Of a stretch of DNA of 64,000 nucleotides, positions 54,928 through 64,000 are shown in pieces (positions within the stretch are counted from its first letter, which is position 1; every line of letters starts with the position of its first letter). The notes under the pieces were generated by a model. It was not told where the DNA came from. It saw only the letters and a list, made by a program, of their open reading frames with translations, and ran no database searches. Location of the stretch: positions 50,063 through 114,062 of IMG/VR virus record IMGVR_UViG_3300048914_000231. One strand, given 5' to 3'. This DNA is from a virus. Position numbers and translations under genes: made by a program.

Positions 54928-55344
54928 TTAAATTTCAGTGTAGCCAGCGGCCAGCAGCTTCGCGGCGATATCCCGCATGGCGTCGCGCGCCTTTGCCGCG
55001 TCGGTGTTTTCGCGATGTTTTGCGTCCATCAATTCGCCATTCACATACGACTTCAGATACACGGTGTCGTCGCCAACCACGCGGTCCACGACAACCATCC
55101 TGAACCTGTCGACGAACACGCGTTTCTCTACCGGTGCCGATTTTGGCGCTTCGTTGCCGCCGGCCGTGATCAAGTCGATGATGTCTTCGTCGATCAGGCC
55201 CGCCACTGCCATCCACAGCGCGTCGATGCCGGTCGCGAACTGATGCGGCGTGATGCGGCCCGCGTGCGACGCGGTGATCAGGTACGAGATCGCCTCCATC
55301 GACTTGCGGGTGATCTCATCCTTGAGGTCTGGTATGGCACTCAT
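54928..55344 (-). CDS. Hypothetical protein
   Basis: Likely start MSAIPDL. Confidence 0.65.
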   Translation of the reverse strand: MSAIPDLKDEITRKSMEAISYLITASHAGRITPHQFATGIDALWMAVAGLIDEDIIDLITAGGNEAPKSAPVEKRVFVDRFRMVVVDRVVGDDTVYLKSYVNGELMDAKHRENTDAAKARDAMRDIAAKLLAAGYTEI

Positions 55345-55531
55345 AGCCTTTGCTCTTTCTGTAATGAAAGTATTTGCCATCAAACATGACCATTGTCAGT
55401 TTGCCGTCTTTACACATGCGCCGCGTCAGCTTGCGCACTTTCTCCGCGCTGTAGCTGTATTTGTTGACGTAGAAGATGCCGCTTGAGGCGATTTCAAGAA
55501 TCTGCCTCTCGGTCCAGCGCCTGGGCTTCAT
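55316..55531 (-). CDS. Small basic hypothetical protein
   Basis: ATGA-coupled. Confidence 0.5.
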   Translation of the reverse strand: MKPRRWTERQILEIASSGIFYVNKYSYSAEKVRKLTRRMCKDGKLTMVMFDGKYFHYRKSKGYECHTRPQG

Positions 55532-55746
55532 TTAAGGTGCCAGGTGACTTCGAACGGCGCGTAGACCAGCGCCAGGGTCAGAAAGCCGGCGGCGCCCACG
55601 AAGGCCAATGCGATCATTGCAATGAGTGACCATGCGGCGCCCGGCGACAGTTGAGCAAGGATCGGCAGTGCGCCGAACCATTTCACGCCGTAAAACATGC
55701 AAGCGATGCCGATCAGAATCAGCACGACGAATCCGAAAATTGCCAT
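55528..55746 (-). CDS. Small membrane protein
   Basis: Two hydrophobic helices; start MAIFGF. Confidence 0.55.
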   Translation of the reverse strand: MAIFGFVVLILIGIACMFYGVKWFGALPILAQLSPGAAWSLIAMIALAFVGAAGFLTLALVYAPFEVTWHLK

Positions 55747-55842
55747 TTTGTTTCCCCTTGCGCGACAACCGCGCGAACATTTGAATGATACAGCGACAAC
55801 GCAGGAGCGACCAGTCATCAATGACTGATCGCCGCTGGCATG

Positions 55843-56622
55843 TTACTTGTCGTAGACGGTCGCAATCGCGGCCCGTACGATCTCGCCGGCCGAATCGGTA
55901 TCCAGGCGCAGCTGCTTGAAGGACTTGTTGCGCTGGTTGAAGATGTACAACGCCACCGCCATCGTTTCATTCTTGTTGGCTGCGCTGGTGCGACCCTGCA
56001 GGTGCGCCTTGACAAGCGCAGCTGCCACGGGCGGGATCGAGTCGACATTGCTGCGGCACAGGTTCGCATACAGGTCCAGGACGTATTGCTCGTCCTCGCC
56101 CAGCAGAATGCGCGAAACAGCGCCCAGCTTCATTGCCGCCGACGAAAAGAACGTGGCATTGTTGCTGCAGTATTCCACCAGACGCCCCACAGCCGGGCCG
56201 ATTGCCGCATGCATCTTTTGCAGCGTTGCCGCCGACGGTGTCATTTCGTTCGTATAGACACGCGACGCGAAATTGATCACCTCGGCGGTGCGCGGCGGCA
56301 GGCGCAGAATGTCGGCCGCGGTGCGGCGCACGCCCTGATCCAGTACCGCGAAGGTTTCCGGCGCCACGCCGCGCGTGACCATCATTTCAACCGTGGCGCC
56401 GGTACGTGCGATCGCCATCAGGCGGTGCTGGCCGTCGACCAGCTTGCCGGTGTCGTCGAAAGCAATACCCTGATGCGTCACCCGCCATTCGCCGCGGGTG
56501 ATGATACGCATGTATTTGGCGACGACGGAATCGCGCACGTCGCGGTTTTCCCTGTTGTGACAAAGCATTGCGCTGGCGATTTCCGGTGTGATCTTCTCGA
56601 TGCCAGTGGTGATTTTGCTCAT
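55843..56622 (-). CDS. ParB-like N-terminal domain protein (third)
   Basis: ITPEIA..ML..N..NR, GEW..THQGIAF, DGQHRL, D.G..RT. Confidence 0.85.
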   Translation of the reverse strand: MSKITTGIEKITPEIASAMLCHNRENRDVRDSVVAKYMRIITRGEWRVTHQGIAFDDTGKLVDGQHRLMAIARTGATVEMMVTRGVAPETFAVLDQGVRRTAADILRLPPRTAEVINFASRVYTNEMTPSAATLQKMHAAIGPAVGRLVEYCSNNATFFSSAAMKLGAVSRILLGEDEQYVLDLYANLCRSNVDSIPPVAAALVKAHLQGRTSAANKNETMAVALYIFNQRNKSFKQLRLDTDSAGEIVRAAIATVYDK

Positions 56623-56739
56623 TTTCGAGCTTCCCCTCATGTTTGATTTTAGACATGTCGCGCAATTGCGACATAACAAGTATGCGATGAAGCGCGCGGA
56701 CGAACAAGTCAGAAATGACTTCGTCCGCGCGCTTCGCCT

Positions 56740-57375
56740 TCAGTGCAACAGGTTGCCGCCGGCGACGTACAGCTGGCTGGTCTGCTGGTGATGATGCTCG
56801 GATGCGCCGACGATCGTCTCCAGCGTTGCCACGCGCTCGTTCAGGTCCGTCACGTGGCGGGCAATGTAGCGCGGCACCAGCTTGCAGCGCGGGTCCGCGG
56901 CCAGGCCCAGCATCAGGCTGTTCAGATGCTCGATGTAGGCCGGGTTCGACACCGCCTTGCCCTCGGCCGCCACCAGCGGAATGCCCGGCTGCACCAGCAC
57001 GACGGTGGAAAACCGCCTGTTCAGCACGTCGTAACACGCGTCGATGTAGCTACCCAGTTCCGGCATGCATTCAGACGGCACAGAATCGCCCACGGCGTCG
57101 CCAAGCGTGTAACCCAACAGGTCAATCGGGCAGCGGTCGAAAATCGCCTGGCGGCCCGCATAGCGCTCGTAGACGGCATCCAGGCGCTTGAGGATTTCCT
57201 GTTGTACCGACAAGCGCTGCGCAAACAGCATCGGCACCGCCGGGTCTAGACCAAGATCGCGAAAAATCGCCGAGACGCTCGTCTCGACGAACTCGATGCC
57301 ATGCTTGTCGGCGTATGCTTTCGCCAGCGTGGTCTTGCCGGTGCGATGCGCGCCGAAAAGGCTGATTGTCGTCAT
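56740..57375 (-). CDS. P-loop nucleotide kinase (dNMP kinase / AAA_28-like)
   Basis: GAHRTGKTT, FDRCPID..GY. Confidence 0.8.
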   Translation of the reverse strand: MTTISLFGAHRTGKTTLAKAYADKHGIEFVETSVSAIFRDLGLDPAVPMLFAQRLSVQQEILKRLDAVYERYAGRQAIFDRCPIDLLGYTLGDAVGDSVPSECMPELGSYIDACYDVLNRRFSTVVLVQPGIPLVAAEGKAVSNPAYIEHLNSLMLGLAADPRCKLVPRYIARHVTDLNERVATLETIVGASEHHHQQTSQLYVAGGNLLH

Positions 57376-57388
57376 ACGGGCGCTTTCC

Positions 57389-57688
57389 CTATGCCGCTTT
57401 GGCTTTCGCCAGATTGGCCTGGCGTCTGGCCAGGTTTTCCTGCGACTTCTTCAGACGCGCTTCCTGCTCCGCCAGCATTCTTTCGGCGATCGTGATTGCC
57501 TGCGCGCGCGTTTCGAACAGCGTTTTCAGATAGTACTGCCTGCCTTTGCTGTCGACCTCATAGCCGGTGCGCTCGTAGTCGCTACCTCTCCAGCCACGCC
57601 CCATCGCTTTGCCGGTGAGGACGATTTCCTTGATGTTCATCGATGTCGTGACCTGGAACATCGAATAGGGGAATTTCTTTTTCGCCAT
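57389..57688 (-). CDS. Hypothetical protein
   Basis: Within operon; coiled-coil end. Confidence 0.65.
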   Translation of the reverse strand: MAKKKFPYSMFQVTTSMNIKEIVLTGKAMGRGWRGSDYERTGYEVDSKGRQYYLKTLFETRAQAITIAERMLAEQEARLKKSQENLARRQANLAKAKAA

Positions 57689-57690
57689 AA

Positions 57691-58362
57691 TTACAGTCCT
57701 TTCGACAGGATAACGCGTTCGTTGTCGAGATCGCGGCGCAGCGCGCGCACGGCGTCAAAGTCGCCCGAAGCGTAGCGCCCGGCCAGCTTGCCGTTGCCCT
57801 GCAGTTTTTCGATATTGCGCAGCTGGATCGAGGACTTGCTGATCACGCCGCCGGTCAGCCTGGTCAGTTCGTCGACTTCGATGGCGTCATACCAGCACGC
57901 GTCACCCGACTCTTCGGCGTAGTTGACGATGTCCAGACCCTTGCCTTCCAGCTGCGCCTTGAGCGCTTCCAGCTGCTCGGTCGATTCGGTGAAGCGACCC
58001 AGCGCCGCGTGCAGCAGACGAATGTTCAGGTTGCGGTCGTCCAGCGAGACGAGGTCCGGGTCTTCGGCCGCCTGACGCTCGGATGCCATCTGGTCATCGT
58101 TCAGGCGCTCGTTGATCGACAGCGGTCCGTCGACGGCCTCGCCCATGAAGTCGGCGATGTTGGCGATGACTTCCAGGGCCGGGACGAATGCGGCATTGTC
58201 GATGGCCTTGCCGTAGAAGACGCGACGCTTGACCTGATCCATCACATTGCCGGCGGCGATCGCCAGTTCCAGCAGCGCATGCAGCGCGAACTGGTTCATT
58301 TCGATGGAAGCGGGTCGCGATTCGGTCTTGAGGGCGAGAGGCTGGTATTGTTCGAAATTCAT
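57691..58362 (-). CDS. MazG-like nucleotide pyrophosphohydrolase
   Basis: YQ..A..T, LLHAALG..TE..E, EESGD..WY, NIEKL..RY. Confidence 0.82.
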   Translation of the reverse strand: MNFEQYQPLALKTESRPASIEMNQFALHALLELAIAAGNVMDQVKRRVFYGKAIDNAAFVPALEVIANIADFMGEAVDGPLSINERLNDDQMASERQAAEDPDLVSLDDRNLNIRLLHAALGRFTESTEQLEALKAQLEGKGLDIVNYAEESGDACWYDAIEVDELTRLTGGVISKSSIQLRNIEKLQGNGKLAGRYASGDFDAVRALRRDLDNERVILSKGL

Positions 58363-58410
58363 GTGGTTCTCCTTGAGGTGACGGGCGGCGTTTTGCCGCC
58401 CGGTTGGTGT

Positions 58411-58674
58411 TTAGCCGTGGTCGTAGCCAGTCAGGCTGTTCAGTGCTTCGGCGCCGATTGCGCTGCCCAGCAGGATTTCGATGCGTCCGGCCGCCTGACG
58501 TGCCAGGGCCGCCTCTTTGGCCGCCGCTTCCCGTGCCGCCTGCGACTGTTCGGCGGCGATGCGGTGCTGCTCCGCTTCCGCTGCGTGGTTTTCTTCCACT
58601 TCGCGCAGGTCCGACAGAACGCGCTGGAAGCCGGCCATGACGGTCGCGGTGGTTTTCTTGCCGAGGTTGAACAT
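58411..58674 (-). CDS. Coiled-coil hypothetical protein
   Basis: RBS AAGGAG. Confidence 0.65.
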   Translation of the reverse strand: MFNLGKKTTATVMAGFQRVLSDLREVEENHAAEAEQHRIAAEQSQAAREAAAKEAALARQAAGRIEILLGSAIGAEALNSLTGYDHG

Positions 58675-58686
58675 GGTGTTTTCTCC

Positions 58687-59607
58687 TTAGTTGTGGGTGT
58701 GGTAAATGTCGAATTCGACGAGCTCGCGGAACTGGCGCCAGCCGAAGAAGTTCTTCGATTGCTGGGTCGCGAGCGGCAGCGGGTAGCCTTGGTGCTCGAC
58801 CGGGCTGGCGTGCAGCGGGCGGGCGCCGACCAGCATGTTGTAAAGATGCAAATCCTCGCGCTCGAGCGGCGCGCGGCCGTCGTGGGTCAGGTACGAGACA
58901 CGCGCGCAGCGGGCCGCCGACAGCTTCGCCAGGTGCAGCGGGTTGTCGCGGTACTGAGCACGCTCTTCCTGGGTCACATACGGCAGGTGCCAGGCGTCGG
59001 CGATCAGGCGGTCACGCGGACGGAACACCGGGGTTGACGCCTTCTCTGCTTCTGCCATGATCAGTGCCAGCTGGTGAATCTCGGGCTGGGCGTCGGGGTG
59101 CGCACGCAGTTCGTTCCAGTTGGCGATCTCGGTCGTAGTCAGGATCACGCTGATGTGCGAGTCCGCTTCCAGGCGGCGATTCACGATCTGCTTGTGGAAG
59201 CCGGCAGCTGCGAACGCTTCGGCGCCGTGCGACTGGAGCCAGCCCAGGAACTGCCAGAACACTTCGCGGGTTGCCTTCTGCGGCACCGGGAATGCGTGCT
59301 CCATGCCGCAGAAGTAGCCGTAGGCTTCGGCGAGCGGCGCTGGCACCAGGATCAGTTCGTTGCATTCCTCGCGGGCCTGCATGCCGGGCTGGTTCTTGCC
59401 CCAATGGATCGGCATTGCCGGGTCGGTGCGAACCTGCTCGATCATCTTGGCGACCGGGATCGCACGGGACGAGCTGGCGTTGCGGCTGAATACGCGGTGC
59501 GTCATCAGCTCGGCGTGGATGAAGCGCGGGTAGCGCAACTGGTACGTGGCGAGCTTCTTGCCGTGGTCAGCGACGCTGTGCTCGACGATTTTGGCTTCGA
59601 TGGTCAT
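58687..59607 (-). CDS. thyX: Flavin-dependent thymidylate synthase (phage type)
   Basis: ELMTHRVFSRNASSSRA, LRAHPDAQPEI, SAARCARVSY, HASP.EH. Confidence 0.85.
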   Translation of the reverse strand: MTIEAKIVEHSVADHGKKLATYQLRYPRFIHAELMTHRVFSRNASSSRAIPVAKMIEQVRTDPAMPIHWGKNQPGMQAREECNELILVPAPLAEAYGYFCGMEHAFPVPQKATREVFWQFLGWLQSHGAEAFAAAGFHKQIVNRRLEADSHISVILTTTEIANWNELRAHPDAQPEIHQLALIMAEAEKASTPVFRPRDRLIADAWHLPYVTQEERAQYRDNPLHLAKLSAARCARVSYLTHDGRAPLEREDLHLYNMLVGARPLHASPVEHQGYPLPLATQQSKNFFGWRQFRELVEFDIYHTHN

Positions 59608-59718
59608 TTTATTTACGGGTCAGGCGGTACATGGTCCATGCGCCGGCGATGTAGCCGACGGCCATCAGGGCGAGGGATGCCTCGACGATTTCGGTGAACG
59701 AGATATGCGGGATCATGA

Positions 59719-60192
59719 TCAGCGACGGCCCGAACGCAACGATGAAAAGCTGCTGCGGCTGGAGAACGACGTCGACGAGGAACGCGACGTCAGGCCGGAC
59801 GACGAACGCATCGCACCGTAGCTTGAACCCGAGAACGATGCACGCGCGGGCGCAGGAGCTGCAACTGGCGCTTTCGGTGCCGCCTGCTGCACGACGACGG
59901 TCTTGTTGACGACAGTCGTCCGGTTCACGCTCGTGTGGTTGTCGTAACCGCGCGAACCGCTGTTGCCGGCGCTGCCGGCGCTGCCCATCATGTAGCCAAG
60001 TGCGCCTGCGGCCAGCATGCTGCCGGTGTGGTCCTGCTGCTGAACGATCACTGGCGCCGGCGCGGCGACAACGGCCGGCGCCTGCTGCACGACCTGCGGC
60101 TGGGTATAGATGGGCGCCGGTGACGGGTTGCAGGCAGCCAGCCCCAGAATGATGGCCGACGTCACGCAGATGGCGATGGTGGTCTTTTTCAT
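59719..60192 (-). CDS. Lipoprotein with Ser/Arg-rich tail
   Basis: Signal peptide with LAAC lipobox. Confidence 0.75.
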   Translation of the reverse strand: MKKTTIAICVTSAIILGLAACNPSPAPIYTQPQVVQQAPAVVAAPAPVIVQQQDHTGSMLAAGALGYMMGSAGSAGNSGSRGYDNHTSVNRTTVVNKTVVVQQAAPKAPVAAPAPARASFSGSSYGAMRSSSGLTSRSSSTSFSSRSSFSSLRSGRR

Positions 60193-60218
60193 GAATTACC
60201 TTCGTAGGTGGATGATTG

Positions 60219-60488
60219 TCAAGCGGGTGGCAGAACGAGGTTCACGCCCTTGGTCGCCAGAAGCTCCTGTAATGCCGGCATCGCCATGCGCGCCTTCCTG
60301 CCGCCGTCCCAGCCCTGCTGGGCGTAGAACGCCAGCGTGGCGATCACGACCATGGCCGAGCTTTCGGTCAGCATGATCTTGACTTCCCTGCCCGGTTCGG
60401 TCGGCGCAGTCGGCGCTGGCCCGATTTCCTTTTCAGGTTCGGGCCTGGCGTTATCGCGCTTCGAAAACAGATCGATCACATTGCTCAC
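60219..60488 (-). CDS. Hypothetical protein
   Basis: GTG start with RBS AGGAGA. Confidence 0.65.
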   Translation of the reverse strand: MSNVIDLFSKRDNARPEPEKEIGPAPTAPTEPGREVKIMLTESSAMVVIATLAFYAQQGWDGGRKARMAMPALQELLATKGVNLVLPPA

Positions 60489-60569
60489 TAGTTTCTCCTG
60501 ACTGCGGGCGCTACCTCGCGCCCGCTTGCATACATTATAGTTCAGCGCTGACTTACTTCTGACGGCAAG

Positions 60570-61574
60570 TCAGAATTCCATGTCGAGCGTGCCGCCGGCC
60601 TGGTAGTCGGTCGGCTTGCCTTCGAAGAAATTGGTCTCGACGCCATTGACCGCGCTGAACGATTCCACCCACGGGGTCGGGTTCTTCACGCCCGGGAACA
60701 GCGGCGCCCAGCCCAGCGACGCGACGCGCTCGTTGGCCAGGAACTTGATGCGCTGGTCGATAATCTGGTCGGTCAGGCCCACAACGCCGCCCTCGATGCT
60801 GTGCTGACCCCAGGCGATCTCCAGGTTCGTCGCAGCGATCAGGATCGCGCGCGCCTTGTCGTAAAAGTCCTTCGTGAAGATACCCGGGTTTTCCGCCTGC
60901 AGGGTGTGGTAGATGTGCACGAAAAACGCCAGGTGGGCCAGTTCGTCGCGCTGGATGTACTTGATCTGGTCCGCGGACTTGAGCATCCGGCCGCGCTTGG
61001 CCAGAACGTAAAAGCCCATGAAGCCGGAGAAGAAATAGATGCCTTCCAGCGCGATGTTACCGATCACCGCCAGCGCGAATTTTTCCGGGCTGTAGTCGCC
61101 GCGCAGCGCATCGCTCTGGGCCATTATGAACTCGTTCTTGGCTGCCAGCACCCTGTCGGTCATGTACATGCCATAAATCTGCTCGGGCCTGAGCGAGACC
61201 GCCTCGATCATGGTGGCGTAGGCGCGCACGTGGTTGGCCTCTTCGTAGGCCTGACGCGCGAACACCATCGACACTTCCGGACTGGTCACGTGCACGCTGA
61301 TGTTGGTGATCAGGTTGTCGAACTGGATGCCGTCCAGGTTGGACAGAAACGACAGGTTGCGGTCGTACATCAGGCGCTCGCCGTCGGTCAGCTTTTCCTG
61401 ATAGCACAGCTTGTCGTCACCCATCGGGATTGATTTTGGAAACCACGTGTTCGCTTCGAGGGTATCCATCATGTCCCAGGCCCACTTGTGCTTGAGCGGA
61501 TTGACGCACATCAGCCTGTCCTGAAACCCTCCGATCAAACGTCGTTCATTTACCATCTGTTGAATAGTTTTCAT
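60570..61574 (-). CDS. nrdB: Ribonucleotide reductase class I beta subunit
   Basis: LD, EEANH...Y (radical Tyr), LEGIYF, RDE..H, NFFE...Y. Confidence 0.95.
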   Translation of the reverse strand: MKTIQQMVNERRLIGGFQDRLMCVNPLKHKWAWDMMDTLEANTWFPKSIPMGDDKLCYQEKLTDGERLMYDRNLSFLSNLDGIQFDNLITNISVHVTSPEVSMVFARQAYEEANHVRAYATMIEAVSLRPEQIYGMYMTDRVLAAKNEFIMAQSDALRGDYSPEKFALAVIGNIALEGIYFFSGFMGFYVLAKRGRMLKSADQIKYIQRDELAHLAFFVHIYHTLQAENPGIFTKDFYDKARAILIAATNLEIAWGQHSIEGGVVGLTDQIIDQRIKFLANERVASLGWAPLFPGVKNPTPWVESFSAVNGVETNFFEGKPTDYQAGGTLDMEF

Positions 61575-62197
61575 TTCTTCACTTTCGTTGTTAAAGCCTG
61601 CTTTATGGACCATCCGTTTTCCAATCTATATCGGATGGTTCCCCATCCGATCCCTGTTTGCCTTGCCCACTGCATCAATGTCTGCCTCACGCCTTCAAAT
61701 TCGATGACACGGCTGGAGCGAGTATTGTTGGCCTGTTCCAGTACGGTCGCCCAGCGGCAGTTTCCCGGTTCATAGTTGCCATTGACGTCATCACGTTCGA
61801 TGCTCAAGCCCGCCGGTCGCTCGCCCATATCAGCCAAAAAGTTTTCGAACTTCTTCCAGCGCTCGCATACTGAAATTCCCCGTCCGCCATAGCGGTCATC
61901 GGACAGGTCATTACAACGCGCGATCATGCCGGCCCAGATGGAATACGTTTCAGTATTGGACATGCCGTGCGTTGCATTCAGCTTGCCTCGCGCTGCAGTT
62001 TTCTCTCGGTTGAGACAGCCGCACGACAATGTGACACCGGAGACAAGCGCGCAGCGCTGAATGATCTTGGCGGTTCCGCACTCACAACTACAAAGCCAGC
62101 GCTGACCCGACTTGTCGCGATCAGCCTGCTCTACCGCAAGCAGACGCCCAAATTTCAGACCTATCAGGCTATCGGGGAATCGACGTTTTGCACCCAT
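61571..62197 (-). CDS. HNH homing endonuclease
   Basis: C.CECG, SCGC, YGGRGI.VC.RW..F..F..DMG, ER.D.NGNYEP.NCRWAT. Confidence 0.92.
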   Translation of the reverse strand: MGAKRRFPDSLIGLKFGRLLAVEQADRDKSGQRWLCSCECGTAKIIQRCALVSGVTLSCGCLNREKTAARGKLNATHGMSNTETYSIWAGMIARCNDLSDDRYGGRGISVCERWKKFENFLADMGERPAGLSIERDDVNGNYEPGNCRWATVLEQANNTRSSRVIEFEGVRQTLMQWARQTGIGWGTIRYRLENGWSIKQALTTKVKK

Positions 62198-62210
62198 TAT
62201 CTTCTCGGTT

Positions 62211-62232
62211 GAAAGGGCGGCCGAAGCCGCCC
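62211..62232 (-). terminator. Hairpin after nrdA
   Basis: GGGCGGC-TTCG-GCCGCCC-TTTC. Confidence 0.6.
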
Positions 62233-62260
62233 ATTACGTCAGTGATGACTTACTCTTGCA

Positions 62261-64000
62261 TTATTGGCACGATTCGCATGTCGGGTCTTCAAGCGAGCAC
62301 ATCTTGCCGCTCATGTCTTCCGGCTGCGCGACTTCGGTCTGAACTGGCGCCGCCTGCTTGACTTCTGCCGACTGCGCGCGCAGGTAGTAGGTCGTCTTCA
62401 GGCCTTTCTTCCAGGCCCGGGTGTAGATCGCGTCCAGGTCTTTGCCCTTGACGTTGCCGGGAACCCAGATGTTGGTGCTCTGGGCCTGATCGATCCACTT
62501 CTGGCGCACCGCGGCCGGATCGATGATCCACTGCGGCGCGATGGTGAAGGCTTCCTTGCACAGTTCCGGGCGGCCGTGGCGCAGCGCCGGATCGACCACG
62601 ATGAAGGAACCGGACATGTTCTTCTTGGTCGTTTGACGCTTGAATACCGGCTCGATGGTCGCGGTGGTGCCGACGATGTTGGAGATTGTCGCGGTCGGGG
62701 CCACGGCCATCGTGTTCGAATTGCGCATGCCATAGGTGACAACCTGATTACGCAGCCAGTCCCAGTTCAGCACATAGTCGCGCGTCGTCAGGTCTTTGGC
62801 TTCCTGCTTGGCGGTGTCGATCGGCAGGATGCCCTGCGACCACAGCGAGCCGGCGAACGTCTCGTAGGCGCCGCGTTCTTTCGACAGGTTGCAGGATGCG
62901 TTGATTGCATACCAGGAGAAGCGCTCGGTCACTTCGTCGGCGAACTCCAGGTGCTCTTGAGACTCCCAGTCGATGCCGGCCATGACCAGCATTTCCGCCC
63001 AGCCCATCATGCCCAGGCCCACCGGGCGATGCTTCAGGTTCGAATTGCGGGCGCGCTCGGACGGGTAGTAATTGATGTCGATGACGTTGTCGAGCATGCG
63101 CATGGCGATGCGCACGGTGCGCTCCAGTTTTGCATAATCCATCCGACCGTCGACCATGTGCCGCGCCAGGACCACGCTGCCGATGTTGCAGACGGCGGTT
63201 TCGTCGTCGGACGTGTTCAGGGTGATTTCCGTGCACAGGTTCGAATTGTGGATGACGCCGACGTGCTGCTGCGGGTTGCGGCGGTTGCACTCGTCCTTGA
63301 ACGTGATCCACGGGTGGCCGGTTTCGAACAGGGCCATCAAGACCTTCTTCCAGACGTCGATGGCCGGTTCCTGACGCACGTACCTGCCTTCGGCTTCCAG
63401 TTCCTCGTAGCGGGCCCTGAAGGCTTCACCGTGCAGTTCGTGCAGTTCGGGGTAGTCCTTGGGCGAGAAGAAGCTCCAGACGCCGCGCGCCTCCTTGCGC
63501 TCCATCAGCAGGTCGTTGGTCCACAGGGCCGGGTAGATGTCGTGCGCGCGCATGCGGTCGTCGCCCGATTCCTTTTTCAGGTCGGCGAATGCGCCGAAGT
63601 CCGGGTGGTGCGGCTCGATGTACGGCGCGAACGAACCCTGACGCTTGCCACCCTGATTCACCGCCACGGCAGTGTCGTTGTAGACCTTGAGGTACGGCAC
63701 GATGCCCGACGAGACGCCGTCGGTGCCCTTGATGTGGCAGCCCATGTGACGCACGCGGTGCCAGTCGGTGCCCACGCCGCCGGCAAACTTCGACAGGTTG
63801 GCGCATTCCTGGATGGTGCCGTAGATCGAGGCGTAGCGGTTGACCTGGAAGTTTTCCGCCGTCAGGTCGTCGGCGTCGATGGTGTCGGCCACCGTGTTCA
63901 GGAAGCAGCTGGCCAGCTGGCTGTGACGGGTGCCGGCGTTGAACAGGGTCGGCGTCGAGCTCATGAAATCGAACGAGGACAGGACGTCGTAGAATTCCAG
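62261..64000 (-). CDS. nrdA: Ribonucleotide reductase class I alpha subunit, 5' end outside the window
   Basis: STPTLFNAG, SCF, NLCTEI, APTAT, KTTYY, C-terminal CxxC. Confidence 0.96.
   Translation of the reverse strand: MEFYDVLSSFDFMSSTPTLFNAGTRHSQLASCFLNTVADTIDADDLTAENFQVNRYASIYGTIQECANLSKFAGGVGTDWHRVRHMGCHIKGTDGVSSGIVPYLKVYNDTAVAVNQGGKRQGSFAPYIEPHHPDFGAFADLKKESGDDRMRAHDIYPALWTNDLLMERKEARGVWSFFSPKDYPELHELHGEAFRARYEELEAEGRYVRQEPAIDVWKKVLMALFETGHPWITFKDECNRRNPQQHVGVIHNSNLCTEITLNTSDDETAVCNIGSVVLARHMVDGRMDYAKLERTVRIAMRMLDNVIDINYYPSERARNSNLKHRPVGLGMMGWAEMLVMAGIDWESQEHLEFADEVTERFSWYAINASCNLSKERGAYETFAGSLWSQGILPIDTAKQEAKDLTTRDYVLNWDWLRNQVVTYGMRNSNTMAVAPTATISNIVGTTATIEPVFKRQTTKKNMSGSFIVVDPALRHGRPELCKEAFTIAPQWIIDPAAVRQKWIDQAQSTNIWVPGNVKGKDLDAIYTRAWKKGLKTTYYLRAQSAEVKQAAPVQTEVAQPEDMSGKMCSLEDPTCESCQ

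Larger units (their letters stand above)
7258..62250. promoter_or_regulatory. Dispersed operator AGTCA-N4-TGACT (16 intergenic copies)
   Basis: Starts at 7258, 13813, 17344, 18415, 21086, 23096, 27989, 29807, 43508, 44419, 52065, 54059, 55813, 56707, 60540, 62237. Confidence 0.88.
1..64000. mobile_element. Large siphovirus / possible phage-plasmid genome segment (SSU5/pHCM2-like organisation)
   Basis: Terminase, portal, capsid, non-contractile tail module, ParB/ABC/GNAT block, helicase, RNR, ThyX; no host housekeeping genes. Family assignment is inference from synteny. Confidence 0.9.

Noticed and set aside
60570-64000. Intron or intein in nrdA/nrdB
   Set aside because: Both frames are continuous and of normal length in the visible part; the HNH gene is intergenic
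1-64000. tRNA, rRNA, DGR/retron, integrase, lysis cassette
   Set aside because: No cloverleaf, reverse transcriptase, recombinase or endolysin motifs recognised; prophage versus plasmid state cannot be determined from this window

Overview
The whole 64 kb is tailed-phage DNA, with no host chromosomal genes and both ends falling inside phage genes. Gene order resembles large siphoviruses/phage-plasmids of the SSU5/pHCM2 type (my inference from synteny; no integrase, Rep or lysis gene lies in the window). A host-like XRE regulator suggests an Oxalobacteraceae host (Massilia/Duganella/Janthinobacterium). Layout: tail and head morphogenesis (1-23 kb, minus strand); a wHTH, GNAT, thioredoxin, ABC-ATPase, ParB, Acb2, ParB block (23-28 kb); an SF2 helicase and a plus-strand operon (28-32.6 kb); a compositionally odd, largely non-coding 32.6-36.3 kb zone that may hold a genome end and/or origin; many small early-type genes (36-56 kb); and nucleotide metabolism genes (kinase, MazG-like, ThyX, NrdB, NrdA) plus three free-standing homing endonucleases. 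Best candidate for an undescribed system: an operon at 30.1-32.6 kb led by an RHH-like gene, in which nine small ORFs are chained by eight copies of one junction (RBS...ATGGTRR; Trp-stop overlapping Met-Val); seven of the nine form a highly divergent family sharing a [ST]YxxY...W core and a DxP...W C-terminal tail. Other highlights: 16 intergenic copies of an AGTCA-N4-TGACT operator, two inverted copies of an AT-rich element 12.6 kb apart, a chromosomal-type parS, a GGCC/CCWGG-free island, and an Acb2 anti-CBASS gene. All calls were made by eye, without database searches.
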